Below are positions 1-6,456 of a stretch of DNA of 32,000 nucleotides, piece by piece. The translations under genes were made by a program, and so were the position numbers. The first letter of the stretch is position 1, and every line of letters starts with the position of its first letter. The notes beneath the pieces were generated by a model. The model ran no database searches. It was not told where the DNA came from and worked only from the letters and a program-made list of their open reading frames with translations. The stretch is from Fibrobacter succinogenes subsp. succinogenes S85 (GTDB lineage: Bacteria > Fibrobacterota > Fibrobacteria > Fibrobacterales > Fibrobacteraceae): assembly GCF_000146505.1 (NCBI RefSeq), contig NC_017448.1, forward strand, positions 1,350,001 to 1,382,000, read 5' to 3'.

Positions 1-180
1 CAGGTCTATATGCGACCGCCTCGCGTGCAAGAAATGGAAACGCTCACCGACGACATTTGGCAAGTCAAGCGCTGGTGGAAGAACCGCGTCACACGCGTTA
101 TCCTCTGTTTCTTATGCCCGGGCATTCCGGCAATCATCGGAAAGATTCTCGCGATCTTCAAGATTTATCAAGCGTTTTAG
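1..180 (+). CDS. 3' end of a hypothetical membrane protein (partial, starts upstream of the window)
   Basis: Frame 1 is open from base 1 to TAG at 178-180 and reads ...TLTDDIWQVKRWWKNRVTRVILCFLCPGIPAIIGKILAIFKIYQAF*. It has a plausible C-terminal TM helix and the same codon preferences as neighbouring genes. The track ORF 57-263 in another frame looks non-protein-like. Confidence 0.4.
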   Translation, partial: QVYMRPPRVQEMETLTDDIWQVKRWWKNRVTRVILCFLCPGIPAIIGKILAIFKIYQAF

Positions 181-317
181 GACCAACCGCGGGTGGCGGT
201 CCGACGCTTTATGTTAATTTATCTTTACTGACAAATAGTCAACGCAAATTTTCGGAACCATAGGTTCCGTTGCTCCTTTTTGAAAATATTTTAATAAGAA
301 CAAATAAGGAGTACGCA

Positions 318-1736
318 ATGAGTTTGAAGAAAACTTTTTCAGGGATTGCACTTGGTGCAGCCCTTCTTGGCGCAGGTATATCAAGTGCCTACGCTGCTGA
401 CGAAACACTAAGATCCCTTGCAGATAAAAACGGAATCTACATCGGCGCGATTCTGAACTCGCAATGGTTCGGCGGAGGCCTTCCTGGCAATTACGAACAG
501 ATCCACAAATCCCAATTCAACATCGTCGTTGCCGAAAACGAGATGAAGTTCGACGCCACCGAACCGCAAGAAGGGAGATTCAATTACAACAATGGCGACA
601 AGATGGTCCGTTACGCACAGCAAAACGGAATGCGCGTCCGCGGCCACGCCCTCGCCTGGCACAGCCAAGTTCCGGGCTGGGTAAACAACTACAAGAACGA
701 TAAAAAGAAATTGCTCGCCGTTCTCAAGAACCACATCGAAAAGGTTGTCGGCCACTGGAAAGGTCAAGTCGCTGAATGGGACGTGGTGAACGAAGCCATC
801 AGCAACAACGAACCCCAATGGCGTACAGGTTCCGTGTGGTACCAGGGTATCGGTCCGGAATTCATCGATTCCGCCTTCGTATGGGCTCACGCTGTAGACC
901 CGGATGCAGAACTCTGCTATAACGACTACAACCTCGAACAGGGCGTCAATCCGAAAGCCAAGGCAGGATTTTTGCTAGAACAGGTGAAGCGCTGGGTCAA
1001 AAACGGCATTCCTATCCATTGCGTGGGTTCCCAAACACACGTGGAAGACACCACCACCGACAAGCACTTTATCGGTTCACCGGATAGCCTCCGCTCCCTC
1101 GCCAAGGAACTTGCAAAACTCAATGTCAAGCTGAAAATCACCGAACTCGATATCGGATTCAAGAGCGGCATCAATGTCAGCAAGAGCGACCTTGAACGTC
1201 AGGGACAAACATTCCGTCAATACCTCGACATTATCCTCGAAGAACCGAATGCGGACACGTATCTGATTTGGGGTGTTTCTGATAAATGGAGCTGGCTTGG
1301 CGGCCTGAACAGACAGAAAGGCCTTATCTACGATGACAATCTGAAGCCGAAGCCTGCATTCGATAGCATCTTGGTGAGACTCCAAACTTACGAACCTCCC
1401 AAGGATTCCGTCAAGCAGGATTCCGTTGCACAAGACTCCATCAAGAAGGATTCGACAGCCAAGGATTCTACGAAAAAGGACTCTACAGACGCCATCGCAA
1501 AAATCGCCAGCAGAACGACGATGTCCGCATACGTTGCTGGCCGCACATTGTTCGTAACGGGATTGGTTTCTAAGACCGCCGCAAAGGTCGACTTGTTCGA
1601 TATGCAAGGCCGCCCCGTGTTCAGCACCAAGTGTGAAAATGGAATGGTGGACTTGAAGGATATTGCCGAAGGGCTTTACGTGGTGCAGATACGCTCAGGC
1701 AGCAACAAGATAGTGCAACGCGTGAACGTGAAGTAA
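318..1736 (+). CDS. Secreted GH10 endo-1,4-beta-xylanase with T9SS-like C-terminal sorting domain (paralog 1)
   Basis: ATG at 318 is preceded by AAGGAG (306-311). There is a signal peptide (MSLKKTFSGIALGAALLGAGISSAYA). GH10 signatures are present: ENEMKFD, HALAWHSQ, WDVVNEA (acid/base Glu) and ITELDI (nucleophile Glu). The C-terminal ~80 aa (...LFVTGL..KVDLFDMQGRPVFS...EGLYVVQIRSG...VNVK) fit the Por_Secre_tail pattern. Confidence 0.9.
   Translation: MSLKKTFSGIALGAALLGAGISSAYAADETLRSLADKNGIYIGAILNSQWFGGGLPGNYEQIHKSQFNIVVAENEMKFDATEPQEGRFNYNNGDKMVRYAQQNGMRVRGHALAWHSQVPGWVNNYKNDKKKLLAVLKNHIEKVVGHWKGQVAEWDVVNEAISNNEPQWRTGSVWYQGIGPEFIDSAFVWAHAVDPDAELCYNDYNLEQGVNPKAKAGFLLEQVKRWVKNGIPIHCVGSQTHVEDTTTDKHFIGSPDSLRSLAKELAKLNVKLKITELDIGFKSGINVSKSDLERQGQTFRQYLDIILEEPNADTYLIWGVSDKWSWLGGLNRQKGLIYDDNLKPKPAFDSILVRLQTYEPPKDSVKQDSVAQDSIKKDSTAKDSTKKDSTDAIAKIASRTTMSAYVAGRTLFVTGLVSKTAAKVDLFDMQGRPVFSTKCENGMVDLKDIAEGLYVVQIRSGSNKIVQRVNVK
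1398..1487 (+). repeat. Six tandem 15-nt (pentapeptide) repeats in the xylanase linker
   Basis: PKDSV KQDSV AQDSI KKDST AKDST KKDST, read directly from the sequence. It lies between the catalytic domain and the C-terminal domain and is absent from the paralog at 3533-4936. Confidence 0.8.
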
Positions 1737-1787
1737 AGATTGCAACAAGCGCGCTGCAAGATGTATTTCAAGATGCGCGCCGTAAAT

Positions 1788-1825
1788 AAAAACGCCGCGA
1801 CCTTTTTAAGGCCGCGGTTTTATTT
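1788..1825. terminator. Bidirectional intrinsic terminator between convergent genes
   Basis: Stem CCGCGACC (1795-1802) / GGCCGCGG (1810-1817), flanked by an A-run on the left and a T-run on the right. On the minus-strand RNA it forms 8 bp with one G-U pair followed by U-rich sequence. Confidence 0.55.
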
Positions 1826-2454
1826 TATTCAACGCATCTCACGGAGAACCCGAAATTTTTGGGTTTCATCATGTAGCTGAAGCCCATGGATTTTGAGGAG
1901 AGGTACCAGACCGAAGCTTCCCCCCCTTCGGTGCTTGAGCTCCAGAAAAACGCGAACTTATTTTCATTGCCGTAAGTGCCATCATCGAACATGTTGCCAG
2001 CGGGCATCGCACTGAATTTGAGCGTATCGTTGCCGTTAGTTTCGCCAGACCAGCCGTAATTCGCCTTGATTAAGTAACCGGCATTAAAATCACCACCAGC
2101 GGCTTTCCAAAGGCTTTCAAATTCTTCATTCGTCGGCAAATGGAAACCTGCAGGGCATGCCTTTTGCGCAGCATCCCACGTGTAGAGGCGACCGTAGACC
2201 ATGCAATTATCTTCATCTTCCCTATAGCAAGTACTACCGGGCATTTTGTAGTTTAAATTGTCCGCCATCCACTTGCGACCATCAATAACGACGGTGCGAT
2301 ATTTTTGTTTATCGCGGGCGTCCTTGATTTCGTTTTTCTTTGCTTTGGGGGCGGCAAGAGATGCGCTAGAGGCAACAAGCGTAATGACAAGAGCTGATGA
2401 TAGATAATTCATAGTATAGTTAGATAGCCCTCCCCATACGCGGATCATGCTCAC
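1825..2454 (-). CDS. Fibrobacter succinogenes major paralogous domain (TIGR02145-like) secreted protein
   Basis: Motifs typical of the family: WMADNLNY, YGRLYTWDAAQKACPAGFHLPTNEEFESL, GWSG, FSAMPAGN, FFWSSS, GFSVRCVE. There is an N-terminal hydrophobic signal. The start is ambiguous (2454 or ATG at 2412). Confidence 0.8.
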   Translation of the reverse strand: MSMIRVWGGLSNYTMNYLSSALVITLVASSASLAAPKAKKNEIKDARDKQKYRTVVIDGRKWMADNLNYKMPGSTCYREDEDNCMVYGRLYTWDAAQKACPAGFHLPTNEEFESLWKAAGGDFNAGYLIKANYGWSGETNGNDTLKFSAMPAGNMFDDGTYGNENKFAFFWSSSTEGGEASVWYLSSKSMGFSYMMKPKNFGFSVRCVE

Positions 2455-2507
2455 ATAAGTGCTAAAGCACTAAGTGATCAAAGAGCGCGGTGGCGGGCAT
2501 GACAAAT

Positions 2508-3410
2508 TTACTTTTCTACGGCGATGAGCTGGGCTTCGCCCTGACCCGGGAGCGGCTTGAAAATTTTCACATTCGTCTGCGTTGCCGGGCCACCAAAAGC
2601 CTTCATTTCACACACGAAGAGATAGTTCATGCCTGCAACCACCTGCGAAGATACGCTGAGCGGTTTCAAGTTGAGGTAAGCGTAATCCTTCGTCGCTTCG
2701 GCAAAAGCAGCGGAATCGTCAGCCGTGAGCGGGCGCTGTCCAGAATACCCACCCATGAGTATTTCATCGGTCTTGCCCGTTGCAAGGTCTGCAAAGAAGC
2801 CTTCAACTTCACGTGTTGCCGTTTCAATGCCCTTTTCTGCATTGATTCGCTTGTTAGAAATTCCGTAAGCGAGTGTCACGTTGGCGTTCGGTTCAAGAGT
2901 CTTGAGTTCTGCGGCACTCGCCTTGCGACCGCCACTGCCGTAAGTGCAGAACGGCACCACGACCTTGCCGCTCAAATCGTTAGCGTCCAAGAACGAGTAA
3001 ATCGGCGGAGTGAACGTTCCAAACATAATCGGGTAACCAATGAACACCGTATCGTACTTCGCCACATCGAGTTTTGCATTCACGAGAGCGGGCCACTGTT
3101 TGGATTCACGTTCTGCACGGACCGCCGCAATCGTGCTATCATAAGTGGACGGGTACGGTTTTACAAGCGTCAGTTCAAATTCATCGGCATTGCGAGTGCT
3201 CTTGAAAATTTGCGCCAGCTTTTTCGTGGCACCCGTCTGCGAATAATAAACCACCACCGACTTTGCAGATTTTACGGCAGGTGCATTTTGCACTTCGGAC
3301 TGTGCCGTTTTAGATTCAGCCTTGGGCTGTTCCTCATTGCAACCGGCAAACATCACAGATGCAGTAACAACAGACGCCATTGCAAGTGATAATTTAAGCT
3401 TTCGGGACAT
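2508..3410 (-). CDS. Lipoprotein flavodoxin-like protein with C-terminal cystatin/stefin-like domain
   Basis: ATG at 3410 has GGAGG 5 nt upstream (the 3440 start in the track is TTG). Signal plus Cys: MASVVTASVMFAGC. Flavodoxin motif VVVYYSQTGATKKLA, and later PFCTYGSGG. The C-terminal ~85 aa contain QVVAG (2631-2645) followed by NY and a (F)KPLPG segment, as in stefins. Confidence 0.8.
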   Translation of the reverse strand: MSRKLKLSLAMASVVTASVMFAGCNEEQPKAESKTAQSEVQNAPAVKSAKSVVVYYSQTGATKKLAQIFKSTRNADEFELTLVKPYPSTYDSTIAAVRAERESKQWPALVNAKLDVAKYDTVFIGYPIMFGTFTPPIYSFLDANDLSGKVVVPFCTYGSGGRKASAAELKTLEPNANVTLAYGISNKRINAEKGIETATREVEGFFADLATGKTDEILMGGYSGQRPLTADDSAAFAEATKDYAYLNLKPLSVSSQVVAGMNYLFVCEMKAFGGPATQTNVKIFKPLPGQGEAQLIAVEK

Positions 3411-3532
3411 AGGTACCTCCAATAAAAACCTTACACACAAAAGGTAACCATTTTAATGGGCAAGAAAAAATTTCCACGCCCATTTTTGATTATTTTTTCG
3501 TCGGTGTACTGGGTCAGAAAGAGGATCCAACG

Positions 3533-4936
3533 ATGAAAAAACATCGTATTTCAAAATTTATACTCAGTGCAGCATTTCTTGGCGCAGGCTTCATGAACGC
3601 ACAAGCCGCTGACGAAACCATTCGTGAGCTCGCCAAGGAACGTGGCCGCTTTATCGGCACCATCTTGAATAGCGAATGGTTCAACGACGCAATTGAACCG
3701 GAATTCGAAGAAATTCACAAGACTCAATTCAACGTGGTCGTCGCCGAAAACGAAATGAAGTTCGACGCCACCGAGCCCAAAGAAGACGAATTCAACTTCG
3801 AAAAGGGCGACAAGATGGTCAAATACGCACAGGCAAACGGACTCCGCGTTCGTGGACACGCTCTCGCCTGGCACAGCCAAGTTGCAAACTGGGTGAACGA
3901 CTATAAGGGCCAAAAAGAAAAGTTGCTCGCCGTTCTCAAGAACCACATCACCAAAGTTGTCGGCCACTGGAAAGGCAAAATCGCCGAATGGGATGTGGTG
4001 AACGAAGCCGTCAATGACGATTACAATGCCGACTGGCGTTCGACTAACTCCGTTTGGTACGAAGGCATCGGCGCAGAATTTTTGGATTCCGCATTTGTCT
4101 GGGCGCACGAAGCCGACCCGGATGCAGAACTCTGCTACAACGATTATTCCATCGAATGGGGCCTCCGCGAAGGATCCAAGGCAAGCTTTGTCGTGGAACA
4201 GATCAAGCGCTGGAAAGCAAACAACATTCCTATCACCTGCGTAGGCACACAAACCCACATCGAAATTGCACACGAAACAACTCCGCAAAACGTGCGCGCA
4301 CTCGCCAAAGCACTTGCAGAACTCGGCGTGACATTGAACATTACCGAACTTGATATCGGATTCTCGAAGGGTTCAGCAGGCAAGCTCACCGAAGCGGACT
4401 ACGCCAAACAAGGACACTTGTACCGCCAATTCATGGATGTGTTCCTCGAAGAACCGAACATGGGCGAATTCGTGATTTGGGGATTGACCGATGCTCACAG
4501 CTGGCTAGACGAACAGCAAGGGAAGACCGAAGGACTTCTTTACGACAAGCAATACAACCCGAAGCCCGCATACGATAGCGTCATGGCAAGTCTCAAGGCG
4601 CACCCCGCTTCCGAAGTCAAAACTCCATACCCAGAATCCGTTCTCAACCCGCCCAAAGATTGCGGGACCGGCAACTGCGACGATCCCATCGCCATCAAGA
4701 CGCTCGCCAAGTTGAACAACATATCTATACACCTCGCCGGACGCACACTGTTCGTAACAGGTTTGGCTTTGAAGACGGCAACAAAGGTTGACATATTCGA
4801 CATGCAAGGTCACCTTGTATTCAGCGCAAAGAACGTCAAAGGCAACATTGAGCTTTCTTCAACTCCTGAAGGATTATACGTTATTCAAATCCGTCAGGGC
4901 GTAACAAGACTTACCAAACGAATCACCATTAAGTAA
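3533..4936 (+). CDS. Secreted GH10 endo-1,4-beta-xylanase with T9SS-like C-terminal sorting domain (paralog 2)
   Basis: AGAGGA RBS and a signal peptide ending NAQA. It has the same GH10 motifs (ENEMKFD, HALAWHSQ, WDVVNEA, ITELDI) and the same C-terminal domain (LFVTGL..KVDIFDMQGHLVFS..EGLYVIQIRQG...ITIK). It aligns by eye with 318-1736 along its whole length except the linker. Confidence 0.9.
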   Translation: MKKHRISKFILSAAFLGAGFMNAQAADETIRELAKERGRFIGTILNSEWFNDAIEPEFEEIHKTQFNVVVAENEMKFDATEPKEDEFNFEKGDKMVKYAQANGLRVRGHALAWHSQVANWVNDYKGQKEKLLAVLKNHITKVVGHWKGKIAEWDVVNEAVNDDYNADWRSTNSVWYEGIGAEFLDSAFVWAHEADPDAELCYNDYSIEWGLREGSKASFVVEQIKRWKANNIPITCVGTQTHIEIAHETTPQNVRALAKALAELGVTLNITELDIGFSKGSAGKLTEADYAKQGHLYRQFMDVFLEEPNMGEFVIWGLTDAHSWLDEQQGKTEGLLYDKQYNPKPAYDSVMASLKAHPASEVKTPYPESVLNPPKDCGTGNCDDPIAIKTLAKLNNISIHLAGRTLFVTGLALKTATKVDIFDMQGHLVFSAKNVKGNIELSSTPEGLYVIQIRQGVTRLTKRITIK

Positions 4937-4937
4937 T

Positions 4938-4977
4938 GGAGATCCCCGTCAAACGAGGACTGGCGACGGGGATGACA
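4938..4977 (+). repeat. REP-like hairpin element, copy 1 (GGAGATYCCCG...CGGGRATGACA family)
   Basis: GGAGATCCCCGTC-aaacgaggactggc-GACGGGGATGACA. The stem is 9 bp and the element starts 1 nt after the xylanase stop codon. Confidence 0.6.
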
Positions 4978-4989
4978 ACTCTGATAAAG

Positions 4990-5016
4990 GTCGCGAAAAA
5001 AAATCGCGGCTTTTTT
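4990..5016 (+). terminator. Intrinsic terminator after GH10 paralog 2
   Basis: GTCGCGA (4990-4996) / TCGCGGC (5004-5010) form a 7-bp stem with one G-U pair and an A7 loop, followed by T6 (5011-5016). Confidence 0.6.
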
Positions 5017-5043
5017 CGTACCAAAAAAAAGATTTTTCGTTAA

Positions 5044-5058
5044 TGTGACCTAGTCACA
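5044..5058. promoter_or_regulatory. Perfect palindrome TGTGAC-cta-GTCACA (CRP/FNR-family-like operator candidate)
   Basis: 6-3-6 inverted repeat about 96 nt upstream of the trxA ATG and about 30 nt upstream of an AT-rich TATCTAAAATATAGG box. A Crp/Fnr-family regulator gene lies just downstream of trxA. Confidence 0.35.
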
Positions 5059-5153
5059 GTCTAAAGCCTTGTGATTATCTAAAATATAGGCGTAAAGAAG
5101 GGAAACAACCCCCAAAAGAGTTTAAACAAAACAAAAAAAGGAAAGGTAAAACA

Positions 5154-5462
5154 ATGGCTGAATTAAACATCACTAGAGAAAACTTTGAACAAGAAGTCCT
5201 CAAATCCGACAAGCCCGTTCTGATTGATTTCTGGGCTCAATGGTGCGGCCCATGCCGCATGCTCTCGCCCACCATCTCGGAAATTGCCGAGGAATACAAG
5301 GACAAAGTCAAGGTCTGCAAGGTCAACGTCGATGAAGAGGGTGATCTCGCCGCCATGTTCCGCGTGTCTAGCATTCCGCTGCTCGTGGTCATGAAAGACG
5401 GCAAAGTCACAAATTCCGCCGTCGGCGTCCGCCCGAAAGACCAAATCGTCAAAATGATATAG
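5154..5462 (+). CDS. trxA: Thioredoxin
   Basis: 102 aa with the WCGPC active site, typical thioredoxin length and layout, and an AGGAAAGG RBS. Confidence 0.92.
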   Translation: MAELNITRENFEQEVLKSDKPVLIDFWAQWCGPCRMLSPTISEIAEEYKDKVKVCKVNVDEEGDLAAMFRVSSIPLLVVMKDGKVTNSAVGVRPKDQIVKMI

Positions 5463-5476
5463 TTCAATCCAACCAA

Positions 5477-5526
5477 GCCCGCCACCGTCTGTATGGAGCA
5501 GAGTCCGAGTGCGCGGGCATTTTTTA
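5477..5526 (+). terminator. Possible terminator after trxA (weak)
   Basis: GCCCGC (5477-5482) / GCGGGC (5513-5518) followed by ATTTTTT. The loop is long (30 nt), so this is a low-confidence call. Confidence 0.3.
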
Positions 5527-5551
5527 CATAAGCATTCCAATCACAGCACAC

Positions 5552-5579
5552 TTCCTACTGTCTACCGTCTACTTCCTAC
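5552..5579 (+). repeat. Four tandem heptamers TTCCTAC TGTCTAC CGTCTAC TTCCTAC
   Basis: Read directly from the sequence. Pyrimidine-rich array with 7-nt period, about 35 nt upstream of the Crp/Fnr gene start. Confidence 0.6.
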
Positions 5580-5614
5580 TTCTTTTTATATATTCCCTCT
5601 AAAGGGAGCGCTTT

Positions 5615-6283
5615 ATGGTTGAACCGATTAGTCAAATTGTCAAGAAAATTCCGTTTTGGGGAAATCTTTCGCTTGAAGAAAAAGCGTTAGTTTCGCAACG
5701 CGCGATGATCAAGCACTTTAATAAAGACCAGATTGTTAGCAGCAACAGTTCCGCTTGTCTTGGGATCATCCTCATTTTGAGCGGAGGCATCCGCGTGAGC
5801 CTCATCTCGGATGAAGGTCGCGAAGTCACGCTTTACCGTGCGCACGCGAACGAATTTTGCGTTTCAACCGCCTCTTGCGTGATCCACCAGTTGACATTCG
5901 AAACAATCGTCACCGCCGAAGAAGACACTTCCGTACTCGTCATCCCCTCCTCCGTTTGCGCCAAGCTCATGGACTCCAATATTCATGTGCGTTCATTCGT
6001 TTTTGAACGCGAGACGGAACGCTATTCGCAGACGATTTGGGCCATTCAGCAGATGCTATTCAAACGTTTCGACCAACGCCTTGCCAATTACTTGATTAAT
6101 TCATACGAAAGTAGCGACAAGCCCGAAGTCAAAAAGACACAAGAAGAAATCGCGCGAGACGTGAATTCCGCCCGAGAAGTGGTCGCCCGCATGCTCAAGG
6201 AATTCGCCGCCAAAGGGCTTGTTGAAATCAAGCGCGGCGCAATCGTGCTCCGCAACATCGAGGGATTAAAAAGGCTGCTATAA
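5615..6283 (+). CDS. Crp/Fnr family transcriptional regulator
   Basis: 222 aa with an N-terminal cNMP-binding-like beta-roll region and a C-terminal HTH (QEEIARDVNSAREVVARMLKEFAAKGLV). AGGGAG RBS. Confidence 0.85.
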   Translation: MVEPISQIVKKIPFWGNLSLEEKALVSQRAMIKHFNKDQIVSSNSSACLGIILILSGGIRVSLISDEGREVTLYRAHANEFCVSTASCVIHQLTFETIVTAEEDTSVLVIPSSVCAKLMDSNIHVRSFVFERETERYSQTIWAIQQMLFKRFDQRLANYLINSYESSDKPEVKKTQEEIARDVNSAREVVARMLKEFAAKGLVEIKRGAIVLRNIEGLKRLL

Positions 6284-6333
6284 GGAGATTCCCGGTCATC
6301 CCCGTCAAGCGAGGACAGGCGCCGGGAATGACA
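6284..6333 (+). repeat. REP-like hairpin element, copy 2 (composite)
   Basis: GGAGATTCCCGG-tcatccccgtcaagcgaggacaggcg-CCGGGAATGACA. The outer stem is 8 bp. The loop carries a near-copy of the left arm plus loop of copy 1. The element starts 1 nt after the regulator stop codon. Confidence 0.6.
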
Positions 6334-6418
6334 AAAGAGCCGAGCGATGCAGAAACATGCTTGCATGTTTCTATATCCGAGGCGAACATGTCAAGCCACG
6401 AAGTGGAATGACATTATG

Positions 6419-6456
6419 AAAAACGCTTCGCCGTTAAAACAGCGAAGCGTTTTTTT
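6419..6456. terminator. Bidirectional intrinsic terminator between convergent genes
   Basis: CGCTTCGC (6424-6431) / GCGAAGCG (6442-6449) form an 8-bp stem. It is flanked by A5 on the left and T6 on the right, and abuts the stop codon of the minus-strand gene. Confidence 0.7.

Noticed and set aside
57-263. 68-aa track ORF at the left edge
   Set aside because: Frame 1 (1-180) gives a more protein-like C-terminal fragment with a TM helix and matching codon usage. The 57-263 frame is Arg/Gly/Pro/Ser-rich and crosses the apparent stop codon and intergenic region.
2490-3389. 299-aa plus-strand ORF
   Set aside because: It is antisense to the flavodoxin-like gene. It is Arg/Cys/His-rich with an implausible composition, and the minus-strand frame has the RBS, the signal peptide and the family motifs.
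4971-6440. Tiny ORFs starting at the ATG inside the ...GG(A/G)ATGACA arm of each REP-like element (MTTLI*, MTKEPSD..., MTVK*)
   Set aside because: Their lengths and sequences are not conserved between copies. The ATG is simply part of the conserved hairpin flank.
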